DNA from: an uncultured delta proteobacterium | GTDB lineage: Bacteria > Desulfobacterota > Binatia > UBA9968 | Reading direction: 5' to 3' | DNA: 64,000 nt | NCBI GenBank assembly: GCA_963816145.1 | Contig: CAWFJP010000018.1 | Span: 128,001 to 192,000 of the forward strand | Shown: one piece after another, positions 28,628 to 40,867 of the stretch | Layout: each line of letters starts with the position of its first letter | Numbering within the stretch: the stretch's first letter is position 1 | The notes under the pieces: generated by a model | Database searches by the model: none | What the model was told of the DNA's origin: nothing | Seen by the model: the letters and a program-made list of their open reading frames with translations, nothing else | Translations under genes and position numbers: made by a program

Positions 28628-29642
28628 ATGCTCATGACTATTGGAAAGAATCTTTGTGTTACCCTTACTTCGATGGTGTTGACGTTGTCTCTAGGCTCGC
28701 TTTCACAGGCGCAAATGACCCGGCTCAATGTCGGTTACAGCGCCACCAGCGGCGATCAGTTACCGGCTTGGGTGGCTAAAGACAGCGGCATCTTCGCCAA
28801 GAATGGCTTGGACGTGCAGGTAATCTTTTTCACCGGTGGCACGACGGCGGTGCTGGCGCTCGTATCCGGCGATGTGCCGATCGCGCAGATCTCCGGCCCC
28901 GGCGTGGTCAATAGCGTACTCGCCGGTTCGGACGCCGTTTTTATCGCCGCCGGCATGACATCATTGAATTATGTCCTTATGGGCAAACCGGGCGTAAAAA
29001 CCGCCGAGCAGATGAGAGGCGGTACGCTGGCAATCAGTCGCTTCGGTTCCGCCACCGATTCGATCGCGCGCTTTGCCCTTCGTAAAGTTGGTTTAACTCC
29101 AGGCAAAGATATCACAATCGTGCAAGTGGGCAGCGGTCCTGAGCGTCTAAGCGCTATTACTCACCGGCAGAGTTACAGCAGCAGTGATCAATCCGCCGTC
29201 GAGCTTTCAAGCCGAAAAGCGCGGCTTGGCCATTTTAGCCGACGTGGCAAAAATGGGCTTGGTGTTTCAGCATACCGGCGTGGTAACCACCAAGAAATTC
29301 ATTCGTGAACACAATGATACGGTGCGGCGCTACATGCGCGCTCACGTCGAAGCGGTGCACAGAATGTGGACCGACAAAGAGTCGTCGATCAAAGCCTTGG
29401 CGCGATTCATGGGTGGCGGTATCGACCGCGAGACTCTCGAACGGACGCGCGAAGATGTGATGACCGAAGCGCTCTATCCGAAAAAACAATATCCCAGCGT
29501 CGAAGGTCTAAAGACCGTCATTGACGACATCGCCGAACGGGATCCGCGGGCGAAAAGCGTCAAACCGGAACAGTTCATCGACGCCTCGTTTATCCGCGAG
29601 CTCGACCAAAGCGGCTTTATCGACGGACTTTACAAGAAATAA
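28628..29642 (+). CDS. NMT1/TauA-like ABC substrate-binding protein, frameshifted near 29156
   Basis: GIFAKNGLDV, ISRFGSATD; removing one base restores SALLTGRVTAAVINPP and joins ORF 29184-29642. Confidence 0.82.
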
Positions 29643-29665
29643 GATTAGCCTCCACGCGGCAATAA

Positions 29666-29926
29666 ATGTTAAGCACCCAGCGCGGTAACGCCGCGACAGC
29701 GGACCTCCAAGCCTGGGCCCAAGAGGTTAGTAAGCGCGCCGATCCCGCCGTCCAAACCGAAGTCCTATTCGAGGAAGATTCCAACACCTTCATCCTGCGC
29801 CTAGCCAAGGACGCCCGCGTGCTGGTCTTCCGCCTTTCCGCCTCCCAGGTCTACACCGACGGCCGCGAGTCCGAATGCGAGCGGACTCTCAATCGTAAAA
29901 TCAAAGATCTCTGGAATTTGATTTAG
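29666..29926 (+). CDS. Hypothetical protein
   Basis: 86-aa ORF with ATG start filling an intergenic gap. Confidence 0.55.
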   Translation: MLSTQRGNAATADLQAWAQEVSKRADPAVQTEVLFEEDSNTFILRLAKDARVLVFRLSASQVYTDGRESECERTLNRKIKDLWNLI

Positions 29927-29950
29927 CCGTAATATGAGAAACATCGATTG

Positions 29951-30216
29951 CACCACGAAGTGTTTATGAGCATACGCTCGTCTACAGAATATGAAATTGC
30001 AACCATCCCACCACCCCATGGTTTTTCCTTGATTCGTCATGCCGGCGAAGGCCGGCATCCAGGGGTGGGAGGGGATGGATACCGGCTTTCGCCGGTATGA
30101 CGGAAACCTCGTGCCAATTCGTTGCCCAGATCGTACCTGTACGTGTATTTTCGAAGGACACGAAGGTTTCGGAAGTTTATAATTCCGAACTTCGTGCTCT
30201 TCGTGCCTTCGTGGTG
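29951..30216 (+). mobile_element. Composite MITE-like element, copy 1 (CACGAAG-arm palindrome with ~190-bp insert carrying a REP-like hairpin)
   Basis: caccacgaag...cttcgtgctcttcgtgccttcgtggtg; inner gtcatgccggcgaaggccggcatcca...gccggtatgac; inverted homolog at 42358-42634. Confidence 0.75.
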
Positions 30217-30226
30217 AGATATTTCC

Positions 30227-31204
30227 CTATCCCCTGGCGAGGAAGCGCGCTGCGTCTTTAGCAAAATAGGTCAAGATCATATCGGCGCCGGCGCGGCGGA
30301 TCGCGTAGAGTACCTCCATCATGATTCTTTCCTCGTCGATCCAGCCGTTCTGGCCTGCCGCTTTGATCATTGAGTATTCGCCGCTGACATTGTAAGCCGC
30401 CACCGGGTAACCGAACTTCTGTTTCACCCGGTAGACCACGTCCAAGTAGGCCATCGCCGGTTTGACCATGACGATGTCGGCGCCTTCCCTAATATCCATC
30501 TCGACTTCGCGCAAAGCCTCGTCGGAATTGGCCGGGTCCATCTGATAAGAGCGGCGGTCGCCGAACTGCGGCGTCGACTCCGCCGCCTCGCGGAACGGCC
30601 CGTAGAAACCGGACGCGTACTTGGCCGCGTAGGCCATAATTGCCGTCTGCGCAAAGCCGTTTTCATCCAATGCTTTGCGGATCGCGCCGACCCGGCCGTC
30701 CATCATATCCGAGGGGGCAACGATGTCGGCGCCGGCGCGGGCGTGGGACATGGATTCTTTGACCAAGAGTTCCAATGTGCTGTCGTTGTCGACGTCGCCG
30801 TTTTTGATCACGCCGCAATGGCCGTGATCGGTGTATTCACATAAACAAACATCGGTGATGACAAGCAACTCGGGCAGTTTGGACTTGATCTCGCGAATCG
30901 CCTGCTGAACGATGCCTTCTTCGGCGTACGCTTCACTGCCGACCGGATCTTTGTGCTCCGGCAGACCGAATAAGATCACCGCGGGAATGCCAAGAGCCTG
31001 GGCTTCCTCGCATTCGCCGACCGCGCGATCCACCGACAACTGGGCCACACCCGGCATCGACGATACTGGCAGCGATTTGTCCTTGCCAGGGCCGACGAAC
31101 AACGGATAAATCAAATTGGCCGGCGCCAGCGCGGTTTCCCGCATCATTGCCCGAAGTTTATCGTTGCGCCGCATGCGCCGCGGCCGATATTGTGGGAAGT
31201 CCAT
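30227..31204 (-). CDS. hemB: Porphobilinogen synthase
   Basis: [33 protein letters not shown]. Confidence 0.97.
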   Translation of the reverse strand: MDFPQYRPRRMRRNDKLRAMMRETALAPANLIYPLFVGPGKDKSLPVSSMPGVAQLSVDRAVGECEEAQALGIPAVILFGLPEHKDPVGSEAYAEEGIVQQAIREIKSKLPELLVITDVCLCEYTDHGHCGVIKNGDVDNDSTLELLVKESMSHARAGADIVAPSDMMDGRVGAIRKALDENGFAQTAIMAYAAKYASGFYGPFREAAESTPQFGDRRSYQMDPANSDEALREVEMDIREGADIVMVKPAMAYLDVVYRVKQKFGYPVAAYNVSGEYSMIKAAGQNGWIDEERIMMEVLYAIRRAGADMILTYFAKDAARFLARG

Positions 31205-31218
31205 GTCGTGCTCCCGGG

Positions 31219-32035
31219 TTAGTTCTTGCTGCCGCTAAAGTAAGCGATCATCGCTGCGAGCAAGCCGTCGATGGTGAACTCGCGCGCCATGACTGCGACG
31301 CGGCCGCCCAACTCTTCGATGGTCTTTGCCGTGATCGGCCCGATGCTGGCGATCGCGGCGGCACCAACCAGCGCCGCGAGCGAATCGCCGCCGCAGAGCT
31401 GGACGAAGTTACTCACCGTGCTCGAACTGGTGAAGGTGATCATATCGATGCTGCCCTGTTGTAAGCGCTGGCGAATCGCCGCCGCATCGAACCCCGGTGC
31501 GACGGTTCGATAGGTCTCGACGACATCGACGGTCGCGCCCCATTCGCGCAGCGTCTGCGGCAGCACATCGCGAGCCTTGGCGGCCCGTGGGATCAAAACT
31601 CGCTTACCGGCCAGTAGCGATGGATTCAAGGATTCAAGGATGCCTTCGGCCTGGTATCGACGCGGGATTACCGCCACGGCAACGCCCGCAGCGAAAAGCC
31701 GCTTGGCGGTCTCGGCACCGATGGCAGCCACTTGCGCGTGGCCCAGGTCGGCTGACCGCTTTCCCTGCCATTTTCAAGCGTTCAATGAACGGCTCGACAC
31801 TGTTAACACTGGTAAAAATAATCCAGTGGTAAGCGTCGATTTGTTGCACCGCTCGATCCAATTCAGCAAAACTCAAGGGCGGCTCGATTTCGATGGTCGG
31901 AAATTCGATCACTTCGCCGCCCATAGCTTCGATGCGCTGCGCCAATCCACCGGCTTGTTTACGCGCCCGGGTCACGACAATGCGCCGCCCGCCTAACGGT
32001 TTTTCGCTCGATATAGCGCCAGCTGAAATTGTCAT
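31219..32035 (-). CDS. hemD: Uroporphyrinogen-III synthase, frameshifted near 31754
   Basis: RIVVTR, FTSVNSV in one frame; [20 protein letters not shown] in the next. Confidence 0.88.
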
Positions 32036-32039
32036 GGCA

Positions 32040-32947
32040 TCAACTTGCCGCCAAGATCTTGCCCGCGCCCTGATGCCTAAGCTCCTCGGCCAACCGTTCG
32101 CCGAGATTCTCGGCTTCGTTGGTACGGCCCGCGAGCTTGGCTTTGCAGAACATCGCGCCATCCGGGCTGGCAACGATGGCGACCATAGCCAAGACGCTTC
32201 CCGCCGCGCGGGCGCGGGCACCGATCGGCACGTGGCATCCGCCGCTCAAGCTGCGCAACAGCGCGCGCTCTGCCGAGGTCTCTGCTTCGCTCATCGAATC
32301 ATGCAGAAAACCCAACATCTGCTGCAGCACGCCGTCGTCGCGCGCTTCGACCGCCAGCGCGCCCTGCGCCACCGCGCTGACGCAAACTTCATCCGGCAGA
32401 AATTCACTGATGCGTTCGGCGCGGCCGATCCGTTTCAAGCCCGCAGCCGCCATGATCAAACCGTCGGCCGCGCCGTCATCAAGTTTGCGCAGGCGGGTAT
32501 CGACGTTGCCGCGGATCGGCGTCACGACCAAATCGCCGCGATGGTGCAGCAGTTGCGCTTGACGCCGCAGACTGCCGGTCGCCACGCGTGCGCCGGGCGC
32601 GAGAGCCGCGAGCTTTATACCGTTCTTAGTGACCAGGACATCCCGCGCATCTTCCCGCGCCGGGATCGCGGCGATGGTCAACCCGTCGGGGAGTTCCGTC
32701 GGCAAGTCCTTCATCGAGTGCACCGCCAGGTCGATGGTTTGGTTCAGCAGCGCGTCCTCGATCTCCTTGGTGAACACGCCCTTGCCGCCCACCGCCGCGA
32801 TCGGCCGGTCAACGAAGCGGTCGCCACTGGTCTTGATGATCGACAATTCGACCTGAAGATCCGGATAGTGCGCCTCGATCTGCTGCTTGACCCAAGTGGA
32901 TTGGGCGAGCGCCAACGCGCTGCCCCGGCTGCCAATGCGCACCCGGT

Positions 32948-32951
<4 letters not shown>
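32040..32951 (-). CDS. hemC: Hydroxymethylbilane synthase
   Basis: GSRGSALAL, GKGVFTKEIE, AVHSMKD, RGNVDTRL. Confidence 0.97.
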
Positions 32952-34231
<1,280 letters not shown>

Positions 34232-34234
34232 GGC

Positions 34235-35054
34235 TTATTCGAAACCGGCCTCCATGCCGGCTGGGGAAAACCGTATCGCCCCAGAGGAAATAACCAAGCA
34301 CGACGCAGAAACCGACCATGGTCAAGAGCGCCGCCTTCTTGCCGCGCAGCCCGGCGGTGATCCGGCCATGCAGAATCGCGCCGTAAAAGAGCCAGGCAAT
34401 ACCCGAAGAAATCTCGCGCGGTTCCCATGACCAATAATCACCCCAATGGATTCCCGCCCACAGGCTGCCGGTGAGAATGCCCAGAGTCATGAGCGGAAAG
34501 CCCCAGACCAAAAGCATCAGGTTGAGACGGTCGAGGGATTCCAACGGTGGCAAGCGCTTCAATAGCGCGGTCATTTTCTTATGCTTGAGATGTCGCTCTT
34601 GCAGCAGATAGATCAAACTGACGCCGAAGGCGAGAGCGAATACGGCGTTGCCGAGAAACGCCAAGGTGACATGCAGCGGCAACCAGAACGACTCCAGACC
34701 GGGAGGAATTTCCGCGCCCGATTTTCCGAAGGCCAACGCCGCCACGCACATGAGAAACGCTAACGGCGCGACAATGCCGCCCAACACCGTGAGCCGGTAT
34801 TTGAGCTGGATCAACAGATAAACCCCAACCATCAGCCAACTCTTGAATAACAGCGCTTCGCCCATCAGCGCCACCGCGGCAAAACCTTCGTTGGCATAGC
34901 GCACCAACAACGCCGCGGTATGAAAGACCAAACCGCTCGCCAGCGCCAGCGCCGGCAACTTGGACGCCGTGTCCTTGCGAAAGACGAAATAGAAATAGCT
35001 CACCGCGGTGAGCAGATAAATCACCGCGGTAATCTTAACGAAAGTGGCTTCCAT
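34235..35054 (-). CDS. ccsA: CcsA/HemX-like cytochrome c biogenesis membrane protein
   Basis: LPLHV, GSLWAGIHWGDYWSWEPRE (WWD motif); probable true end GGRFE* masked by an extra base near 34242. Confidence 0.88.
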
Positions 35055-35089
35055 AGGCAGGGGTCATTATAAGCTAACCCGGCGTGCCT

Positions 35090-35599
35090 TCAAGACAACT
35101 GATGACAGAGGAAAGCACCACCAGAGAACTGATCGATTGAGAACTTGAACGGGAAACCCGGCCTCAGCGGGCCGCAACTTTCAACGACTGGCGCGCCATC
35201 AAATCGTTGACCACTTCCAACTTCGTCCTTCGTGATATACCGTCCGGAGATTCTCAGCCCCTCGCTAAATTGCTCCTTGGCGCCCCGTTGGCTTCGGATT
35301 CGTGTCTCTTCCTCGGCCAGATCGTAGGACACGGCGATGCGCGCGCGCTCCTTACTGACCAAGGCGCGGCCCTGCTCGGAATCCGGCACACGCAATACGC
35401 TGTACGTCGTCCCCAGGTCCGCGGGATCGAACAGGATCACTTCGCCGAAACTACGGCGCGTGAACACTTGCTTCCAGAAGTCCACTGCGCCCTGCAACCC
35501 GGCGGGCACTGGGAACAGAGTTTCTCGGGCGCAAACCGCCACAGGCAAGCGACCGAGAGCCAGCAAAATGAAAAATAAAGAGAATAAGTATCGAGACAT
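35090..35599 (-). pseudogene. Lytic transglycosylase (MltD-like) N-terminal part lacking the SLT domain
   Basis: FPVPAGL..VDFWKQVF, RIRSQRG..F.EGL..SGRY, then similarity stops. Confidence 0.55.
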
Positions 35600-35673
35600 C
35601 GGCAGCGGTTGAAAATTGACCGATATTCGTAAACAGGCTAGAGTCAGTCAAAATTGTCTCGCCGAGAAATTAC

Positions 35674-37200
35674 TTGCCGCCTTACTTTTATCGATTCGCC
35701 ATCGTTTTCGTTGGTCTACTCATCACCACCGGCTGCCGTTCATCTCACCGCGACCTCCCGCCCAACTTTCTGGTCGTCGGCATCGAAGCCAATCCAGCGC
35801 AGCTCGACCCGCGCTACGCCACCGACGCCAACGCCGTGCGCATCGGCAATCTAATTTACAACTCGCTGCTACGCACCGATGAAAAGCTGCGCTTGCAACC
35901 CGAACTCGCCGAGCGCTGGCAGATAATCGACCGGCAGACGTTTCAATTCGATCTGCGAACAAACGTCAAATTCCACGACGGCCGGCCGCTGACGGCCGCG
36001 GACGTGAAATACACTTTCGAGTCGATTCTCGATCCGGTCAATCGCTCGCCCAAGCGTGCCCTGCTCAAGCAGTTGCAAACCGTCGAGATAACCGGCACCC
36101 ATCGGTTGCGCTTTCACTTGAATGCGCCCCACGCCCCCTTCGTCGAGCATTTCACGCTCGGCATTGTCCCCCAGGGCTCGCCGCCGGACACTCGCCCACC
36201 GCCCGGCTCCGGGCCGTTTGTGTTAGACAGATTCGAGTCCGGCGAAAAGGTTTTGCTCAGGGCCAACTCCGACTACTGGGAGCGCAAACCGGACCTCGCC
36301 GGCGTGATGTTTAAAATTGTCCCCGACGCCATGGTGCGGGCCCTAGAATTCAAGCAAGGCGCCATCGATTTCATGCAAAACGATCTCGAACCCGACATGT
36401 TGCCGTGGTTGAAAAGCCTCGCCAATGCCGAGGTCAGCGCAAATCAAGGCACGACGTTTCAATACCTCGGTATCAATCTCACCCACCCGATCTTAAAGCA
36501 GCTCAAAGTGCGCCAAGCGCTGGCCCATGCCATCGACCGCGAGCGCATCATTCATCATTTGCTCAAAGACGGGGCGATCGCCGCCAACGGCTTGATTTCG
36601 CCGCTTAATGAAACCTACGACGAAAACCTGCCGGCATGGCCCTACGATCCGGCGCGGGCCAAACAGTTGCTCGACGAAGCCGGCTTTCGCGATCCCGATG
36701 GTGACGGGCCAATGACGCGATTCCGGCTTTCTTACAAAACGACCAATATCGACCTGCGCCGGCGCATCGCCGAGGCGTTGAAGGAACAACTGCTGCAAGT
36801 CGGCATCGAGCTGGATATTCGCAGCTACGAATTTGGAACTTTTTTCAGCGATGTGAAAAAGGGCAACTTTCATCTCTACTCGCTTGCCTGGGTCGGCATC
36901 CGCGACCCGGATATTCAGCATCAAATATTTCATTCGTCCAGCGTGCCGCCCAACGGCGACAACCGCGGCCGCTACGCCAACTCACAAGTGGATCGCTTGC
37001 TCGATCAAGCCCGCGTTACCATGGAGCCAAGCCAACGCAAACAGCTCTACGGGGCGGCGCAGCGATTGATCGCCGAGGATCTCCCCTACGTGCCGCTGTG
37101 GTGGCAAAAAAATGTCGTCGCCAAGAAAACTAACATCCAAGGCTTTGTCCCCTATCCCGACGGCGATTTGATCTCTCTAAAGAAAGTGACCTTGCACTAA
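35674..37200 (+). CDS. Peptide/nickel ABC substrate-binding lipoprotein (family 5)
   Basis: Lipobox TTGC, LDPRY, KFHDG.PLTA.DV, GSGPF, VRQALAHAIDR. Confidence 0.92.
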   Translation: MPPYFYRFAIVFVGLLITTGCRSSHRDLPPNFLVVGIEANPAQLDPRYATDANAVRIGNLIYNSLLRTDEKLRLQPELAERWQIIDRQTFQFDLRTNVKFHDGRPLTAADVKYTFESILDPVNRSPKRALLKQLQTVEITGTHRLRFHLNAPHAPFVEHFTLGIVPQGSPPDTRPPPGSGPFVLDRFESGEKVLLRANSDYWERKPDLAGVMFKIVPDAMVRALEFKQGAIDFMQNDLEPDMLPWLKSLANAEVSANQGTTFQYLGINLTHPILKQLKVRQALAHAIDRERIIHHLLKDGAIAANGLISPLNETYDENLPAWPYDPARAKQLLDEAGFRDPDGDGPMTRFRLSYKTTNIDLRRRIAEALKEQLLQVGIELDIRSYEFGTFFSDVKKGNFHLYSLAWVGIRDPDIQHQIFHSSSVPPNGDNRGRYANSQVDRLLDQARVTMEPSQRKQLYGAAQRLIAEDLPYVPLWWQKNVVAKKTNIQGFVPYPDGDLISLKKVTLH

Positions 37201-37216
37201 TTCGACATTCAAACTT

Positions 37217-37239
37217 GTAGGGGCGACCGGCGGTCGCCC
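37217..37239 (+). repeat. GTAG-type REP palindrome
   Basis: gtaggggcgaccggcggtcgccc. Confidence 0.7.
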
Positions 37240-37263
37240 GTTTGCCTCGGTGCATTCAAATCG

Positions 37264-38187
37264 ATGAAACGCTACCTCATTCAGCGCCTGCTGCTGCTGC
37301 TCCCGACCCTCTTCGGCGCGCTGTCTTTGGTATTCCTACTGGTTCATTTGATTCCCGGCGATCCCGTCGAAGTGATGCTCGGCGAGACCGCCAGCGGCGC
37401 CGATAAACAGGAACTGCGCCGGGCTCTAGGTTTGGATCAACCGTTGGCGCTGCAATACCGATCCTTTCTCACCAAACTCGCCGTCGGCGACCTGGGCGAT
37501 TCGCTCTTCGAACAATCGAGCGTCAGTTCAATCATCGGCCAGCGGCTGCCGGCCACGCTCCAATTAGCAATGTGCGCGATGGTCGCGGCGCTGGTTATTT
37601 CATTCCCACTGGCGTTTCTGGCCGCACGCCGGCCAGGGAGCTTATCGGATCGTTTCGCGTTGCTGTTTTCACTGTTAGGTCTATCGTTGCCAAATTTTTG
37701 GCTTGGACCGCTCCTAATGATTCTATTTTCCATCCAGCTCGGTTGGATGCCGGTTTCCGGGCGCGGCGGCTTACTTCACGTCATCTTGCCGGCGCTCACT
37801 TTGGGCTTGGGCATGGCGGCGATCCTGACGCGCATCTTGCGCGCCAGTCTAATCCAGGTCGCTCGCGCTGAGTTTGTCCAAACTGCTCGCGCCAAAGGGC
37901 TGAGCGAAAAGCAGGTGTGGCTCAAGCATATGCTGCGCAACGCGCTGTTATCGGTGGTGACGATCATGAGCTTGCAATTCGGCGCCCTGCTCGCCGGCTC
38001 GTTGATAACTGAAACCGTTTTCAGCTGGCCCGGCATCGGCAGATTGACCGTCCAGGCGATCCAAACCCGCGACTATCCGTTGGTGCAAGGCTGCGTATTG
38101 GTCATCGCGGTCGCTTATGTGCTGGTAAATTTTTTCACCGACATCGCCTACAAACTAATCGACCCGCGGGTGAGCTATGGCGAGTAA
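37264..38187 (+). CDS. Peptide ABC permease (DppB-like)
   Basis: PGDP, LGLDQP, TARAKGL, ETVFSWPGIG, RDYPLVQG. Confidence 0.93.
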   Translation: MKRYLIQRLLLLLPTLFGALSLVFLLVHLIPGDPVEVMLGETASGADKQELRRALGLDQPLALQYRSFLTKLAVGDLGDSLFEQSSVSSIIGQRLPATLQLAMCAMVAALVISFPLAFLAARRPGSLSDRFALLFSLLGLSLPNFWLGPLLMILFSIQLGWMPVSGRGGLLHVILPALTLGLGMAAILTRILRASLIQVARAEFVQTARAKGLSEKQVWLKHMLRNALLSVVTIMSLQFGALLAGSLITETVFSWPGIGRLTVQAIQTRDYPLVQGCVLVIAVAYVLVNFFTDIAYKLIDPRVSYGE

Positions 38188-38977
38188 GGCATGGCTCTGC
38201 GCCGGCGCGTCAATTTTGCTTTTGCTGCTGGCCGCAGCGGTGGGCGCGCCGATCATCGCGCCGCACAATCCCTCACGGCAAGATTTGGCCAACGATCTGA
38301 TCGCCTATAGCGCCGATCATCTGCTCGGCACCGATAAACTCGGCCGCGACATCTTGAGCCGGACGCTTTATGGCGCGCGCATCTCACTTTCGGTCGGCTT
38401 TGCCACCGTCGCATTGTCACTCGCCATCGGCCTGATCGCCGGATCACTGGCCGGCTACTTCGGCGGCTGGATCGATCTCCTGCTGATGCGCCTGGTCGAC
38501 ATCCTATTGGCGTTTCCTGGCATTCTCTTGGCCATCGCCTTCACCGCCGTGCTCGGCCCAGGTCTCGATCATGTCATTCTTGCGCTTTGTCTGATCGGCT
38601 GGACCGGCTACGCCCGTCTGGTGCGCGGTGAAATCATCGCGTTGCGCGAACGAGAATTTATCCACGCCGCCCGCGCTCTCGGCGGCGCGCCAAGCCGCGT
38701 GATCCTGCGCCACCTCTTGCCGAATCTTTTGGCGCCGCTCTTGATCCAAGCGACCTTCGGCCTCGCCGCTGCGATCATCGCCGAAGGCAGCTTGAGTTTC
38801 CTCGGCCTGGGCGTCGAACCGCCAACGCCGTCCTGGGGATCGATGTTAAACGACGGCCGTCAGTTCCTGCTTGTCGCGCCGCATCTCACCACCTATCCAG
38901 GGCTGGCGATCATGGTCACAGTTTTTGCCCTCAATCTGGTGGGCGACGGGCTGCAGGAACGCCTCGGAAGGCAATAG
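38177..38977 (+). CDS. Peptide ABC permease (DppC-like)
   Basis: LGTDKLGRDILSR, LSFLGLG, PSWG. Confidence 0.93.
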   Translation: MASKAWLCAGASILLLLLAAAVGAPIIAPHNPSRQDLANDLIAYSADHLLGTDKLGRDILSRTLYGARISLSVGFATVALSLAIGLIAGSLAGYFGGWIDLLLMRLVDILLAFPGILLAIAFTAVLGPGLDHVILALCLIGWTGYARLVRGEIIALREREFIHAARALGGAPSRVILRHLLPNLLAPLLIQATFGLAAAIIAEGSLSFLGLGVEPPTPSWGSMLNDGRQFLLVAPHLTTYPGLAIMVTVFALNLVGDGLQERLGRQ

Positions 38978-39095
38978 CTCAAACCGTTCAAATCGCTCAA
39001 TCGCTGCGCTCCGTTCAAACCGTTTTCGGACCGGAAGTTTTTTTCAATTTCTGACAATTTGAACGGCTTGAACGTTTTGAACGAATTGAACGAGC
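38977..39095. repeat. Palindrome with GTTCAA / TTGAAC tandem arms
   Basis: gctcaaaccgttcaaatcgctcaatc...ttgaacggcttgaacgttttgaacgaattgaac. Confidence 0.85.
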
Positions 39096-39157
39096 TCAAC
39101 TAGATTGCCTAACCCGGCTCACGATGGTAATTAGCAAGGAATCAGGAGGTCACGTCC

Positions 39158-39718
39158 ATGAAACTTTACACCAGCTACACTTGACCCTACGCCCACAGGA
39201 CAAGGATTGTCCTGTCCGAAAAGAAAATCCCCTATGAAACGATCGAAGTCGATCTCAAGCATAAGCCCGAGGATCTCGTCAAGCAGAACCCCTACGGTAA
39301 AGTGCCGGTTTTGGTCGACGGCGACGGCGTCATCTACGAGTCGGCCGTGATCAACGAGTATCTCGACGAAAAGTTCACCAATGTGCCGCTCATGCCGCGC
39401 AGTCAACTCGACCGCGCCAAGGTGCGAATCTGGGTCGACTTCTTCAACACCCGAGTCCATCCGACCGGCAGCGATCTGCAGAAAGATCGCGATCCGGAAA
39501 AAGCCCGCGCGCGCATGGCCCAGCACCTGCGCACGATTGACGACGCCTTGGCCGGCAGAGACTATTTAGTCGGGGATCAAATTTCGCTAGCGGATGTAAC
39601 GTTCATCCCCTTTTACACTAGGCGAGAACGCTACAAAGTAACGTTTGACGACTATCCCAACATCGAGCGTTGGGCGGAGAATCTCATCGCGCGCCCGCAG
39701 GTCGCGCCGACTCTATAA
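39158..39718 (+). CDS. Glutathione S-transferase selenoprotein (Sec at TGA 39182-39184)
   Basis: AGGAGGT RBS; MKLYTSYT-U-PYAHRTRIVLSEKKIPYE...NPYGKVPVL in frame with ORF 39302-39718; perfect hairpin at 39195-39215. Confidence 0.88.
39195..39215 (+). promoter_or_regulatory. SECIS-like hairpin of the GST gene
   Basis: acaggacaa-gga-ttgtcctgt: 9-bp perfect stem 10 nt after the UGA, G-led loop. Confidence 0.7.
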
Positions 39719-39725
39719 CAGAAGC

Positions 39726-39800
39726 GAGATAGAGATATGAGATAGAGACCGCCCAAGGCCTCCCCCTCTGTCTCTGTCACAACTCTCTATCTCTACTCTC
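39726..39800. repeat. Palindrome with GAGATA(G) tandem arms
   Basis: gagatagagatatgagatagaga...tctgtctctgtc...tctctatctcta. Confidence 0.6.
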
Positions 39801-39810
39801 AGGAGTTCCC

Positions 39811-40866
39811 ATGCACCCCATCCTCGTCAGTCCCCAAGAGATTCGCGGCATCGTCACCATGAACGAAGCGGTCGAAGCGGTCCGCCTCGGCTTTCGCGAG
39901 TGGGGCGAAAATCCACAGTTAAACGCGCCGCGCCGGCGCATTCACATCCCCACCGGTGTGCGCGTAAGCGTGCACCAGGGCGGCGTGCCGGCAGCCAAAG
40001 CCACCGGGCTCATGACCCACTGCGAATGGGTCAAACCGATGGCCAACGAGCAAGTCTATCCGCGCCTCAATCATCCGGTGATCGTTCTGTATGACTCTGC
40101 CGAGGGCGAGCTCAAAGGCATCATCGTCGGCGAGATCACCTGCTCGGAGTTGCCGGATAACATCGCCGTCACCGGCCTGCGCACCGCCGCCACCAGCGCC
40201 GTCGGCACCGACGTGCTGGCGCGCCCGGATGCGTCGAGTCTGGGCATCTTCGGCGCCGCCGGCCAGGCAAAAAATCATCTGCTCGCGCTCATGCAGGTGC
40301 GCAAACTGAAAACCGTCAAGGTCTACAGCCGCAATCCCGAAAACCGCAAACAGTTCTGCGACGAAATGGGACCAATCACCAATTTGAATATCATGCCTGT
40401 CGCGACTCCGGCCGAGGCGGTCCGCGGTGTCGATATCGTATTGACAGCCACCAACTCCAGCGTGCCGGTGTTCGACGGCAATCTGTTGGAACCGGGGCAG
40501 CATGTCACCACCATCGTCGGCAGCAACGTCGGCCTGGTCAAAGGCGGCTTCACCGCCGCCAAACGGCGCGAGATCGACGACGCAACACTATCGCGCAGTA
40601 ACGTCCACGGCATCGTCTCGATCCAGCAAGCGGTACAGGACGAGCAAGCGGATATCTACGATCCGGTCAACCGCGGCGTGATCAAATGGGAGCAGCTAAT
40701 TGAAATCGGTTCCATCCTCGCCGGCAACAGCGAAGGCCGCACCCGCATCGACCAGATCACCTTCTACAAAAACAACGCCGGCCAAGGCGTCGCCGATGTC
40801 GCGCTGGGAGCGAAGGTGCTGGAGAATATTAAAGCCAACCAAGCAGGACTGACGCTGAACTATTGA
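39811..40866 (+). CDS. Ornithine cyclodeaminase/mu-crystallin family protein
   Basis: TGLRTAATSAV, KVYSR, ATNS..PV, REIDD, GQGVADVA. Confidence 0.9.
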   Translation: MHPILVSPQEIRGIVTMNEAVEAVRLGFREWGENPQLNAPRRRIHIPTGVRVSVHQGGVPAAKATGLMTHCEWVKPMANEQVYPRLNHPVIVLYDSAEGELKGIIVGEITCSELPDNIAVTGLRTAATSAVGTDVLARPDASSLGIFGAAGQAKNHLLALMQVRKLKTVKVYSRNPENRKQFCDEMGPITNLNIMPVATPAEAVRGVDIVLTATNSSVPVFDGNLLEPGQHVTTIVGSNVGLVKGGFTAAKRREIDDATLSRSNVHGIVSIQQAVQDEQADIYDPVNRGVIKWEQLIEIGSILAGNSEGRTRIDQITFYKNNAGQGVADVALGAKVLENIKANQAGLTLNY

Positions 40867-40867
40867 G

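Noticed and set aside
29801-30264. ORFs MPAFAGMTNQGK... and 42443-42688
   Set aside because: They are translations of the composite palindromic element.
31219-32035. Programmed frameshift or true pseudogene in hemD
   Set aside because: No slippery sequence; it has the same +1 signature as five other genes, consistent with sequencing error.
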